A stretch of 63,110 bases of DNA, filler included, from Rhabdomonas costata (GCA_019059605.1; 53 parts of 53 records of this genome joined end to end with filler, not necessarily neighbours in it), one strand, 5' to 3'. Counted from the whole stretch's first letter, positions 24,460-37,098 are shown. Program-made: numbers and translations. The notes: generated from the letters alone by a model not told the origin.

Positions 24460-24601
24460 CACTATGCAAGCATCGCATTCCACCACTCCCTCTGCAGTGA
24501 GATTCGATCCCAAACCAGCGTTGGTCAAAGGGTCGTTTTCCAAAACCATCACAGCCTTTGAAGCCGCATTGAGAACCAGTTCTCCTGCAGCCAACGAAAC
24601 C
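24460..24601 (-). CDS. Threonine aspartase (taspase-1-like, asparaginase-2 family) exon
   Basis: AVMVLENDPLTNAGLGSNLTAEGVVECDACI matches the LEDxPxTNAGxGSNLxxxGxxECDAxI signature; bounded by AG and GT. Confidence 0.88.
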
Positions 24602-25030
24602 CTCAGCAAAAAAAGCAAACAACCGTCGTTGTCAGAAAAAATGACTGATCTGGCACGACCCCGCAGAGAAGGGCGTAAGTCGAGGTATTGTCAAACCCTT
24701 GGAGAATTCAAGGGTTGAAAAAACGCAGCGTTTCGAGAAGCCTGCTGTAGAAACAAAAGACCCCTCAATTGTTTTGTTTTTTCTTTATAAAATTTCAGAA
24801 AAGGAGATTAGTTCAACAAAGCAACAACCTGCTGGATAAGATTTGGCAAACTCAGCAGCAGCCGCAAAGCACGCCTTCTTCATGGTGTTGCAAAGGGAAT
24901 CAGTCTCACGAGAGAAACAACCCACANNNNNNNNNNNNNNNNNNNNNNNNNNNNNNNNNNNNNNNNNNNNTTAATTAATTAANNNNNNNNNNNNNNNNNN
25001 NNNNNNNNNNNNNNNNNNNNNNNNNNGGGG

Positions 25031-25032
<2 letters not shown>

Positions 25033-25108
<76 letters not shown>
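25033..25108 (+). repeat. (GT)38 microsatellite
   Basis: Read directly from the sequence. Confidence 0.97.
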
Positions 25109-25109
<1 letters not shown>

Positions 25110-27489
25110 TTTTCTGTCGTTGCATCACACAAACACACGCAAATATAAACAAGCAGACACAACTGTTCCTAAGTCAAAACCCTTTAACCTTTAACATTGC
25201 CTTTTTACGTGCGTATGTGCGCTAATAATAATGTTGAATGCCCATTGTTGTGTTCTCCAAATATTCAAAAATAGAGGCGGAGCCCCCGCCTTGAGGCGGT
25301 GGATGTGATCAGGATACAATACGTGCGGGGAAAGGGGTGACCCTATTGTACAGTTCTTGTGTGTGGACAGGGGACAGAAACCGACTGTTCATGACACGCT
25401 TTGCTGCTGTCGTCGTGCGCCGGTTTTGTTTCTACGGAAGATGTCCCATTTTGCTCTTTGTTTCCAGTGAGACGAAAAGAGCAACCACCACATAAAAAGA
25501 GTCCATAGTTCTCTGAAATGCCCGAACGCGAAGAAACTTAAACTCCACATACTTAGTATTGAACGTGGTACTCTAGACATGCTAGGTGTTATTCAAGATT
25601 TGATGAAACCATAAATGCAAATATAACATCTAAAAACACTCAGCTTTCCACGCTCACCGATCATCTCGTAAATCTTCAAAAGACGATACGCTTCTGCAAC
25701 GGTAATATCATTCAACGGAAGTTACACAAAAAGTCAGCTTAACATTTGCCTTAGGCACAAACAATTCAATAATGAGATTCAGCTCTATATAAATGGCATA
25801 CTTTTACTAAACATGCCCAGGAAGAAGAATAAACAACCCCACAAACGTCACAGAAAACAACAGTCACTTATGCAGCAGAGAATGGAAAGTAATGAATTGG
25901 CCTATGGAGGAAGTTTTTTTTAGGCCACTGGAACTCTTTCACAAGTTCTCCTAGTGGTCCTTGGAGATTTAACCTTTGCTGAAGGAAAGTTTTCATGCGC
26001 CCCCAAGTAATATCAATAACCTGCGCAGATCCAGAGCGAAGCTTCCTCCACAGGATCTGCGTGCAAAATTACCCTTCTTATGGTCGAAATGGGGGGACAA
26101 CCTTATCCACAAATGGTCTAACATTCTTCAAGGACGGAGGCCCGAACCCCCCAACNNNNNNNNNNNNNNNNNNNNNNNNNNNNNNNNNNNNNNNNNNNNT
26201 TAATTAATTAANNNNNNNNNNNNNNNNNNNNNNNNNNNNNNNNNNNNNNNNNNNNGGGGGGTTTGAAAGCTTATATTGTGCTAGTGCTGACTGAATGTGG
26301 AGCTGCCGATGTCCACATATGGCCAAAATTATCTAATTATAAATCATTAGGATGTACATTAAGGTTCAGCATCTCCATTGCCTTTCAGTGGTTTTCATTG
26401 CATTCTACACGTCATCATATGGACCACACTATTTTGGCCATCATGGGCTTGGCGTTTAGCACAATTCTGAGGCAAAGTTTGCCGCCCATGAGGCCGAAAA
26501 TCCAGCGCCATCAGCCACGTGGTTATGTAGTGTCCCTTGGTGGTTGAATGTCGCGGACCAGCCTTGTGCTGGGAGCCATCCGTTCGAGTCCCTGTGGAAT
26601 GTGAAATGGAGGTGACTGCGTCGTCACATGATGAGAGGAAGTGGAAGCAGCGACAATTAGAGATTGGTAAATGGAGCGGAATGCCAATCTTCTTCCCATT
26701 ACGAGACCACAAAGTGGAACCATCTGCGCGGGAGGGTGGATACAGCACCACTGGTTCTCGGTAGATATCGATGAAAAAACATCACGGCCCAAGGACTGTA
26801 CATACCAGGCGCTGCTCTCCTGCCTTATTCATTATGAAGTCCATCATGAGCGGCGTGGTGACCCTAAGATCCAGTGACGACACCAGGACCAACTCGACAA
26901 CTCGGGAAGGAACGCTTGCGTAAGTGCGAGGAGCGCGTACAACAAGGAAGGTACTCCGTCAGTGTGCACGCACCATGTCTTGGAGGAGACTCCACGCTGT
27001 GCCACCGGGCATGATCGGAGATACCGCGACAGGGGGTCACATGACACATTGTACCTCACAGGAAGAGCCTGAGAAAACCCTCTGGGCCACCGAAGAGTGG
27101 CCGGAGTGCCATGGGTGTGTGGTCATTTGGACGTGGGTAATGTCCCCCCATTTTTGGTCGCCTCCGTGGCTCCTTCTGCGCCAGCAGCGTTGCTGTACGA
27201 GGAGCGTTTAGGCTCCATGCTGCGCGCGTGCGTGGGCTTTTGCCACCAATCTAGTGAAGTGCGCTCTGCAAACCGTCGTGCAATACTGGAATCACTATTG
27301 AGAGCAATGTCTTCAAAAACCAAAAGCAAACAGAGCTACCAAACACCNNNNNNNNNNNNNNNNNNNNNNNNNNNNNNNNNNNNNNNNNNNNTTAATTAAT
27401 TAANNNNNNNNNNNNNNNNNNNNNNNNNNNNNNNNNNNNNNNNNNNNGGTGTTCCGAGCCCGGTCGCTGCGATCCACCACCACACCTCC

Positions 27490-28539
27490 AGATCGCAGCG
27501 ACCGGGCTCGGATCACCCCCACCGTGGCCTGCTTGTGGTGCAGCGTGAGCTGGCTTCCTCCGATCCCGGCCACAAGCCCTGAGGCCGCGCTGGGGACCGA
27601 CGACGACGTGAGCTTGCGGGACACCGTCTTGGTCAGCCGGACTTCTCCACTGGAGCTCTGGGCGATGGGACGCCCGTCGCTATTCACAGAAATTAGAGAG
27701 GGGGAGGACGCCAGAGACTTTGCCATGGACCGCGAGCTGTTCGAACGCAGCTTCCGGACTCGAGCTGTACGCGGGGTGAGTACCTCAGAGACGGAGACAG
27801 AGGTTGTTTGGGTATAGCTCCCCCCGTGGTATAGCTCCCCCCGTGTTCAAACGCAAGAGAAATTTTATCACTGAAGCGGTGTCCGCATTCCAGAAAAAAG
27901 AAGCGTGACCCGATTTACAACGGGACGTAATGGAAACATGGACAATGATGCGATTCGCGCATCGCTTGCTAAGGCTCGCCAGAGGTCTGCTCTACACCCT
28001 CACCGAGAGGGAACCCCGGCTTGATTTTTCGGTCGTTTTATTTGCCCGATTTTGCTCCATTCCCATTTTTTCTTGCCTTTTTCTGATCAGGTCGTTATCA
28101 GAAAAACCACCAACTTTTTTTTCCAATTGGCAAATCAACCCTCAAAAAATGCTGCATAATGTCCATGACCATTCAGCATTCAACAACAAGGCTTCCATGG
28201 TTACATCCGTTTTATGAATCATATTCGAGTTTTTGATTGAGGCCGGATATGCCACAGGCGGGGAGGATATGCTGAAATAAACTCCTAAATGACAGCGTTC
28301 CCCCGCGGGTGCCGGTCCGCGGCTTTCGGGGAGTCCCCCACGTTCGGCTCCTCGCACGCGAACACCGCAGCGGGGATGAACGGCTTCCATGCAAGAATCC
28401 TCTCCACAATCGTGAAAAGGCTCTTCTGCAGTGCCGGGGCCTCGGGCGGGGGCTCGGGGATGGAGTCCAGGTCCAGCCGCACCACCTTCTCCGTCACCAG
28501 GGCGAGCTGCTGCTGGAGTACCTCGTGCTCCTTCATTCG
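27490..28539 (-). CDS. Spliced uncharacterised protein, possibly the linker preceding a nucleotidyl-cyclase-like domain (exons approx. 28539-28290 and 27815-27490)
   Basis: Two GC-rich open segments separated by an AT-richer gap. SLFTIVERILAWKPFIPAAVF resembles the L..YxPYLP..V pre-cyclase motif, followed by a Ser-rich spacer. Splice sites not resolved. Confidence 0.4.
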
Positions 28540-28639
28540 NNNNNNNNNNNNNNNNNNNNNNNNNNNNNNNNNNNNNNNNNNNNTTAATTAATTAANNNNN
28601 NNNNNNNNNNNNNNNNNNNNNNNNNNNNNNNNNNNNNNN

Positions 28640-29463
28640 CGGCCTCCAGGCCGGCAGCTTCCTCGAGCTCCAGCCTTCCTCCTGCTGATGCCGCACGCCA
28701 ACTTACGGTGGCCGAGTACCGTGCTGCGGAGTCTCAGCCTGTCGCTCCCGCTGCTACGGTTGTGCGGCACAGCTCCAGCAGGCCCTCCGTTGCCTCTCGC
28801 AAGGAGGCGACGCTTGCTCTTCCAGCATGGCTTAAGCAACACCGATACCTGCGCGCAGCTCCAGTGGATGAAGGGGAGCCCTCTGTGGCCCTTCTACTCC
28901 TTTGGGAGGCGGACCACGGGAAATTCTTTCCCTGCCGTACTGAGGACATCTCCGGCCGCCTGAACACCTTCACACGGCAGCTGCAAGACGCGGTAGCCTT
29001 GGACGCGCAGCTCTCCTCATGGCTGACCAGCAAGCGGAAAGCGTTCCCCCTAGTGGCCGGCCTTCCCTCTCGGGCTCACCTCCGATGGGCTCTGCGAATC
29101 GACCCCGCAGTGGGCGACCCTTTCGTGAGCATGTGGAAGACCCATGCGATGGAGCTGGTGCGGCAGCACCAAAGTGATGCCCTCTCCGGGACGGCATGGC
29201 GCGGTCGCCCCAAGCGCACCCCAGCGAGCGTGGTTCCACCTCGACCTCCTCAGCAGGGAACCAAGCGAAAACGAGAAGGAGCAGTCCCTCCTCCATCCAG
29301 CTCACAGCAAGCGCGCCTTAAGCGTCTTGCCAAGGCTCGGAAGCTCTTGGAGATACAGCACTCGCCGCCTGCCTCCTCCTCTTCCTCATCAACGAATGAA
29401 GCTGGTGGATCTGCCTCCTCTGAGACGGGATTGGGGCTTCTCCCTCCCGGGGTCCTCACCTAA
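28640..29463 (+). CDS. C-terminal part of an uncharacterised intronless ORF (possibly retroelement-derived)
   Basis: More than 250 GC-rich codons ending PPGVLT-stop, followed by a T-rich tail; no domain recognised. Confidence 0.45.
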
Positions 29464-30665
29464 CGCTGGTGAAGGAGGTCCCTGGGCATTCGCTCACGCG
29501 GCCTAGAAAGGGACCTCAACACCGAGCTCGCGCACATGTTATGCTTCTGCGCATAGGCATCTCCTTTGCTTCCCTTCGCTCTTCTTCTATTTTTGGTTCA
29601 ATTTTTTGACAGTCCCATTGAACTGTGCCCTTTTGTTTTTCTATCTCCTGGTGCTTTCCTCGTGTGGTTTGCAGAATTGCCGTTGCAGCATGCTGACTTT
29701 AGAATTTTGTAAAATCTCGGCTTAAAAAAAGTAACANNNNNNNNNNNNNNNNNNNNNNNNNNNNNNNNNNNNNNNNNNNNTTAATTAATTAANNNNNNNN
29801 NNNNNNNNNNNNNNNNNNNNNNNNNNNNNNNNNNNNAGGATTGTGAGGTTGAGGCTGAGGGTGTGTTTGAGGGTCACGTGTCAGGGTTTGAGTCGGAGGG
29901 TGGGGTTTTGTGCGATGTCAAACTGAGTACTGCCTTGATGTGTTGATGCTTCACGTGTTCTTAGGGCCTTGGGTTTCAGGGTGTGAGGGTTTACGTCTCG
30001 AGGGGTTGAAGGGTTCTAGGGTGTGAGTTGAAGGGTGAGTTGATGCGTAGTGTAAAGGCATTCCTACTCCGCTACGCTACGTGACCTTGACCCTCTACTA
30101 CGGCAAGACCGCGACGCACTCTTGCCTTCGTGACCTTGATGCATTCCTGAGGCCTTCACGTGATGCCTTTAGAGAGAGTGTAAGAGTGATGCCTTAAGCC
30201 TTCAACCTCTACCAAGCTTCTCCCGAAAGCCTCGAAAGCTCTCCCGGAAGAATGCAAGTCAACATGGGATCCTCTCTTCAATGATGTCCCACAATCTATA
30301 GAAGCGTTTCTTTGTCACGCTTGTCCGCCCTAACCCTGTACCTTGCCTCCCTCGCCTTTATGATGCTACCCATACCTTTGTCCGGTCTCAAACCGTGTTT
30401 TTCCGAAATGTACTTGTTATCATTACTGAGCTGTTAGTCGGAGCGGGCCCTTGCCGATTTGGTTCACGCAACTGGATGTGACTCAGAGCTGAGCCAACGC
30501 TTCGTGAAGCCTGGCACATTCTTCCGGCGATTTCCAATGCTGGCCCTGTGTTGGCAGTGACCGTGTAGTTTCTGCCTTTTTTTTTTACGGGGGCAACAAC
30601 CTCCCCAACCTTTTCCATTTCTCATCCTTCGCTCACTCCGAGCGAATCGCATTAACCCCACCCCG

Positions 30666-30928
30666 ATGTCTTCGGCGTCGTTGCCCGCCGTTGTTGTTGA
30701 AGAGTGGTTGGACGCCTCCCTGCCCGCCAAGCGCTCCGAAGCGGGGTATGCCCTGCTTCTGGGGCTGTTCTGGGACGCCGCGCAGCGCATTCCCGAGGCT
30801 CAGTTCCAGCTGGGGTGGTGCTACGAAGTTGGTCAGGGGGTTCCCCAGAACCACCACGCGGCCCGCCGGTGGTACACCTTTGCCGGGGAGCAGGGTCATG
30901 TCGTGGCCAAGCTGTCGGCAGAGAGGCT
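30666..30928 (+). CDS. Sel1-like repeat protein, N-terminal part
   Basis: EAQFQLGWCYEVGQGVPQNHHAARRWYTFAGEQGH is a canonical Sel1 repeat; pyrimidine tract and AG upstream of the ATG. Confidence 0.88.
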
Positions 30929-32884
30929 NNNNNNNNNNNNNNNNNNNNNNNNNNNNNNNNNNNNNNNNNNNNTTAATTAATTAANNNNNNNNNNNNNNNN
31001 NNNNNNNNNNNNNNNNNNNNNNNNNNNNGGGGGAAGGCCACTGCGTTGCACCTGCTTCTGAGTTTTGGCAACTCTTACTCAAAGCCAAACGACTGAGCAA
31101 CAGGTATTTTTCTTCTCCCAAGAGGAGGCCCTACCCCCAGCAGTCCAGGAACACGATCACAAGGCTTCCGATGGCCCGCGATATGTGCACGGAGGTGTAT
31201 CCTGTCAGTCAACTCGTACTCCTGCCAGAGCTTCTCCACGGCCGCCTTGGGGTCGCTAACGCCCCTCCTTCACAAATCCGAGTGCAGCTCATACAGGGCC
31301 TTCTGGGTCAGGTAGCCTAGCCCAGAGGCGCGAAGAACTCCACCAGATGGGGGGGGGACTTAGCAGTGTGCCGCAGCCGCTTCAGCAGCGCCGGGGGACC
31401 ATACAGAAAGCAGAACTGAGTGGGGTCGGGCTTCCAAGCTCTGGTCTCCGGAGTTCGTCGGGGTTTGCTCGGGTAAGGGACTGAAGGGCAAATAAACAAG
31501 TCTACTGAATACAGAGTGGCGCCCCTCGTTCCCGTTCCTGTTATTAGCTCGACACACTTCAGTTGAATGCCATGGGGGCATAAACTAACAAAAACGATGG
31601 CCCATGGCTGCCGACGGCTAGTGGACCCGATGGGCCCATACCTCACCCAAGGAACGAGTATGCTTCTTTACTCGCACATTTCTGGTGGTGTTCAGGGCAT
31701 ATCTGCCAACACCTTGGTTGTCAACCATTGTTGAAATATCTTTTCTGTAGTGGTTGCTCTTTTGTCACTCATGCGCAAACATGAGGCGAGAGCACAAGGG
31801 GATCACCGACGAAGCATACTAGCACCACAACGCGATGTGTGCGGCCGCAGTGTATCCACAGTCCACACATACAGTTTCATTTTAATTTCCGATGACTCAT
31901 CGTCACCAAGCGGGACTATACCTTCCGGTCTAAACACTCAACATCCACACACATCAGTTGCGTGGCAACGGGAATGAGGAACACGCGATGGGTGCTGATA
32001 CAGGCAAATTCAAACTGATGTTAGTAAAATGACGCTTTGCCCATTCCCGCAGGATATTGGGTGTTCCATTCCCACAGCCATTCCATATCATCACCAAAGT
32101 ATCGCATCGAAAACACCACANNNNNNNNNNNNNNNNNNNNNNNNNNNNNNNNNNNNNNNNNNNNTTAATTAATTAANNNNNNNNNNNNNNNNNNNNNNNN
32201 NNNNNNNNNNNNNNNNNNNNGGTTGTGGGGAGATGTCTCCACGCCTCGACCACCAAGACTGACTTCAGCAGGGAGCGGCACTGCCTCCTGTCACAACTAG
32301 TTTAACTGATATACACTCTTCTAAAATTCTCCTACTTAACTCTTCGGCACACTTCTATGGACAAATTCCGTCTTAGCCAACAGCCAATGCACAATCCATA
32401 TAAAAGTGAATCGTATTTTCACAATACATAAACACTATGGAAGTGATCTGCTGCTTTGGCGTTCTCCAAACTTGAACTCGGAAAATGTGACTACTGCCTG
32501 CTCCCTGCTGAAGTCAGTCTTGGTGGTCGCGGCGTGGAGACATCTCCCCTCATGAAAAACGGCAGGTTATTCTGGTTCTACCGCTTCTAGAATGTGAATG
32601 TGATTTGTAACCTCGGCCTCATCTTACAACGTATCCTCCACCTCTGAACTCCAGCATTCCTCTGGATGGAGTCACCATCCTCTCTGTAGAAGGCGTACGC
32701 GTTGCATTACATTGTAGCTGTTGATGGGAGAAAAACCTTTACCTAACTCGCAGGAACTTTGGCTGCTAACGTTGGTGGTGTAGCAATTTCGAACAAATTT
32801 GCAGTTCTCTGAACCGCACTTACGTTAAACATAACTCTGAAAAAATGATGCGAGTACACGAGCATCATGACGACTGTTGGAGTG

Positions 32885-33300
32885 AAGGAGCGTACCGCGT
32901 AGCAGTGAACTACCACATTAGGAGCGTAGCGATGGACATGCAGTGGACCGAGCGTAGCGAGAGTGTGGCCCGGAGGGCCTCTTCAACATCTTACTCTTAG
33001 GGGCCCATGAGCGGGTAGCGATTGGTGATACAGGACGAGGAGCGTAGCGAAGAGGACGTCAAGCATTCTTTCTTCTAACAGTAAGCATGAACGCAGTGAA
33101 TGCCGACAGAACGCATGGAGACATGAATAAGAGCGTAGCGAGTATGAATGTCGACTATGATGTGAACATGAGCGTAGCGAATGTGAACCCTATATCATTA
33201 TGGAGACATGAAACACGAACGTAGTGAGAGTTGAATGTCGACTAAGATGACGAACGAACGTAGTGAGTGAGGACTTCAGGATGGAATTAGCGTAGCGACT
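32885..33300 (+). repeat. Array of about 10 GA-[GC|AC]-GNA-[GC|GT]-GA hairpin motifs with tandem GA/GA mismatches
   Basis: Examples: GCAT-GA-AC-GCA-GT-GA-ATGC (33085-33103); ACAT-GA-GC-GTA-GC-GA-ATGT (33166-33184); C-GA-AC-GA-AC-GTA-GT-GA-GT-GA-G (33251-33271). Confidence 0.85.
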
Positions 33301-33415
33301 GACCCACAAAAANNNNNNNNNNNNNNNNNNNNNNNNNNNNNNNNNNNNNNNNNNNNTTAATTAATTAANNNNNNNNNNNNNNNNNNNNNNNNNNNNNNNN
33401 NNNNNNNNNNNNTTA

Positions 33416-33815
33416 AACGTTTAGCGGTGCTAAACGTTAAGGTCAGAACGCAAGGGCGACAAACGGTTCCCAGGAGATGACAATACAAAAGGGATTTTAA
33501 TTAGTTTGGGTGTGAAGGCCAGCGCCGCCGAGGCCAGTCCGCGGTGCGGGAGCGGGCGAATGGGTTGGGACGTTAATGGGGTGGGCGATGCTCCGTTTAG
33601 CACTGCTAAACGTTTAGCGGTGCTAAACGTCCGAATCAGACACATTTTTTGGGATGTTATTTTTAGGACACGGGGGTTAGGTAAACTGTGTCAACTACCT
33701 CTAAATACATTTATTTTAGCAAAATGGGGTTAGGTATACTGTCTTTCTGACCCCTAGGCATACATATTTGAATTGAGCGAGGTTTAAAATTTTGTAACCC
33801 TTTAGCGGTGCTAAC
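33416..33815. repeat. Three copies of a TTAGC-GGT-GCTAA hairpin motif; the middle copy lies within a 36-bp near-perfect palindrome
   Basis: AACGTTTAGC-GGT-GCTAAACGTT (33416-33438); CGTTTAGCACTGCTAAACGTTTAGCGGTGCTAAACG (33594-33629); TTAGCGGTGCTAA (~33802-33814). Confidence 0.8.
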
Positions 33816-35446
33816 CCCCCCAAAAAAAAGCAAGAGGCCCGGATGTCGGTGTTTGTCTTGGGACAGTTGCCGTGAACAGGGTTGGGGAGAGGTATTTGTG
33901 TGAAGATTTGTCCCTTCGTGTTCAAGAGACCCAAGGGAAGGTGGAGCATATATGGGCCAGGTCCTGCTGCAAAGAAGCTGCTGGATGCTGGGTACAGGAT
34001 CCTGGTGTATCAAGATGAACAGTAAAAAATGCACCTTCGACGTCCCAAGACATCGCTCAGAGGAAATGTGACGGGTTGGCCTGACACATCCATTCTTTTG
34101 GGATGCGGGTGGGTGTGCTGGAGGTCTCTCCTCAATAAGCTTGAGACGACATTCTGATGAGGGGAAGAAAGCGGGTGATTCCCGGACGAGGCGGCCCGGT
34201 AGAGATGATGGCGGTCGGGATTTCGTTGTGTTGAGCGCATGGCACGCTTGATCAAGTTAATGCCAAGACAATGTCTTGGCACCTATAATGTTTGATCCCC
34301 ACTGGGCTTCTGCTCCGGAGTCGACTGCCGGTTTTTTCCATGTGCTGTTCGTAGACACCAGAGGTGGTCACTTCCCCTGTGCCACAGTCGGTCGTGGCAG
34401 GGATAGCCAGCTCACCCCCACTGTGGTTTCATCACGGAGACGGAGCAATACCCTTATCGAGCATCTAATACAATAGGGCCTGTAGAAGCGCGGCACCACA
34501 CACCNNNNNNNNNNNNNNNNNNNNNNNNNNNNNNNNNNNNNNNNNNNNTTAATTAATTAANNNNNNNNNNNNNNNNNNNNNNNNNNNNNNNNNNNNNNNN
34601 NNNNGGGTGTGTGTCATGGAATCGGTGAAGCCCGGTGGGGAGTAACGGGGTTGCCCATTCATTGCAAGGTCAAATTCATTCGCGCACTCAAGAACTCAAG
34701 AGGCGAGGATTGCAATGGTGCTTTTTTGGTTTCGGAATCAAAAACGAAGAATATCCCACATCATGCTTATCGATAATTTGAACTTCAACAAATTCAACAC
34801 GGAGAGCTACCTAGAATTCAAGACTAAAAAACGAGACCAGAGAACGACAAAGACTCCTGTCACAACAAAGGGTCAAGTCTGAAAAGAAATATGTGTTTTA
34901 ACTCAAAGTTATTCATTCTTCCAACGGAAGTGAATCATCCACTGCTCCGCGGCCCAAGATCCTATTTACAGTTAGATCACTTATTAATAGATCGCTCATT
35001 TTGGGGGGTCTTGGACGGGTACCAACGGTGCCCGGTAACAATGGTGCCGGGTACTGCACCCTAAAACACACACTACTTTACATTACCCGCGATCCGCCGC
35101 AACCTCAGGAACAAGAGAGAAAAAGAAGCAAGCAAACTGCTCACCCGCTTGCACGAAGGGCTGGAAAAGCCGCCCTGCCGCCTCCGCGGACAGCCCAATG
35201 CCCGTGTCCTGCACCTCAAAATGCAGCCGGCTGCCATCGGGACTGAGGCGGCAGCGCAGGCTTACCCGTCCGCGGGGCGTGAACTGAAAATATCCACATC
35301 ACAACATCCCATCTAGTCCGAAAACTTAAACGAGGCAGCAAAAAAAATGCTCAATTTCACCTATACCCGGGAAAGTGAACGAAAAAGCGGATCACCCTGA
35401 GAAAAAGCCGCCGAAAAACTGGGGGAGAGCCAACCCAAACACGAAC

Positions 35447-35662
35447 CTTGATGGCGTTGCTCAGAAGGTTCAAAAGGATCTGCCGCAGACGCCCAGCGTC
35501 CCCAACCATCACCCGCGGCACCGCCGAGCTGACCCACGACACCAGCTCAAGGCCCTTCTCCTCCGCCTTCATCTGCACAATCTCCAGCGTGCGGTCAATG
35601 CAGTCGTGCACCACGAAGGGCTTGAAGTCCAGCTCGAGCATGCCACTCTGAATCTTCGAGAA
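35447..35662 (-). CDS. Sensor (hybrid-type) histidine kinase exon, end of HisKA to HATPase_c N-box
   Basis: FSKIQSGMLEL..AEEKGLEL..VGDAGRLRQILLNLLSNAIK; a 72-codon exon with cag acceptor and GT donor. Confidence 0.93.
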
Positions 35663-36018
35663 CTGAGCGACAAGCACCGCAAAAATATCAAACAAANNNN
35701 NNNNNNNNNNNNNNNNNNNNNNNNNNNNNNNNNNNNNNNNTTAATTAATTAANNNNNNNNNNNNNNNNNNNNNNNNNNNNNNNNNNNNNNNNNNNNCATG
35801 CGGGTCTCGATTCGGCGTAATGTGTGAAGGCAACTCTGGCCCCACCCCAACCACGTCTTCTCCTGTGGAACATGGCGGCCAGCAGGTGCCAGCAGGTGGT
35901 GCCAGCAGGTAAGGGCATCAATAGCCTGAAGATGACCGGAGTCTCGAGCAGTCTCGAAACTTAATCTCTAACTCTAACTCCCTCCCCCACAAATTCACTC
36001 GCTGGCTCGCGCGCTCAC

Positions 36019-36757
36019 CAAAATGGAGGACACCGCTTCCGGGCACGGCGCTGCGATGAGGTACGGCTGAGGAGTGGGGCGGTACGAAGGCCCCAGGAGT
36101 GTCTTAGGGCGCTCGGGGAGGGAGATGGCCATACCCAGCTGCCGGAGCTCCTCTGTCCTCTGCCAAACAGAAAAACAGCGAGGTAATGGTGAAGAGCTCT
36201 GGGGATGCCGGGACCCACCCAACGAATAAAGAGAGAGTGAGGGAGTAAGAGATTGCAGAAGTTGACGTGATCGATTGCATCAAGGTTCCATGTCTCGCCC
36301 TATGACAGTTCTCAGCCCAGTGCTCCGGTGCGATAGCGAGCGAGAGAGATAGGTAAGCAGGGAGAAGAGGGGAGGGGGGTTCAGTGGAAATTCCAAGCAC
36401 CGTGGAAAGCAAGGAGGTCCCAGCGCAGAAATGGGTAGAAAGGTGGAAGCAACCGAAATCCAGCTCTCTATCCATCCATCCCCGCAATGTGCATGTGTGG
36501 CGTGTTTTGCAACCGATTCCACTTTGAGAGCGCCACTCGGGACGGTGCAGAAAGGGCGTGAGCGAGTGAATGTGTTCTCGACACGCGCTACCTTCTTCGC
36601 GCTGGGAAACGTCGTGCGTCGATGCCATGTCCGTGCAGTGCCGCTGTTTTTCAGCGAATTCGATTATGTGCGTAAATGTGTGCAGAACTGAGCACTGGAT
36701 CACCTTGCGCCTCTCCTCCGCGACCTTCGAAAGCCCCTTGGGCATTCTCAAATCATC
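36019..36757 (-). CDS. Hypothetical protein, two exons (36757-36704 and 36159-36019)
   Basis: AG/GT-bounded phase-0 exons joining as DDLRMPKGLSKVAEERRK|RTEELRQLG..VSSIL. Confidence 0.55.
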
Positions 36758-37098
36758 CTGCAGAGTGACGAGACAGGCACAAAAGGAGAACACTGCTCGA
36801 CACACTCAGCCGGGTCCACACACACAACCAATGCACAGATCCCTGGAAAAACCAAAGGCCCCTCTTCTCCCTCTTTGCCCCCCCAACCNNNNNNNNNNNN
36901 NNNNNNNNNNNNNNNNNNNNNNNNNNNNNNNNTTAATTAATTAANNNNNNNNNNNNNNNNNNNNNNNNNNNNNNNNNNNNNNNNNNNNCATACCCTCCCT
37001 CGAATGCACGAGTGTGCACATGGGTGCAGGTCGGCACATCCACTTGTACGCATACCCGTGCATCAGCAAGTCTCCCCACACTTTGGTAAGAATACAGG

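Noticed and set aside
26256-27347. Coding-like sequence with scattered stops (also 11921-13012, 31029-32120, 39780-40470, 40760-41500 and 51302-52393) as decayed transposons
   Set aside because: No motif I can assign with confidence; needs a translated search against transposon libraries.
35927-35970. CTGAAGA-T-GAC..GTC-TC-GAAAC as another hammerhead
   Set aside because: Extra bases between stem II and GAAA, and no convincing stem III, cleavage triplet or stem I.
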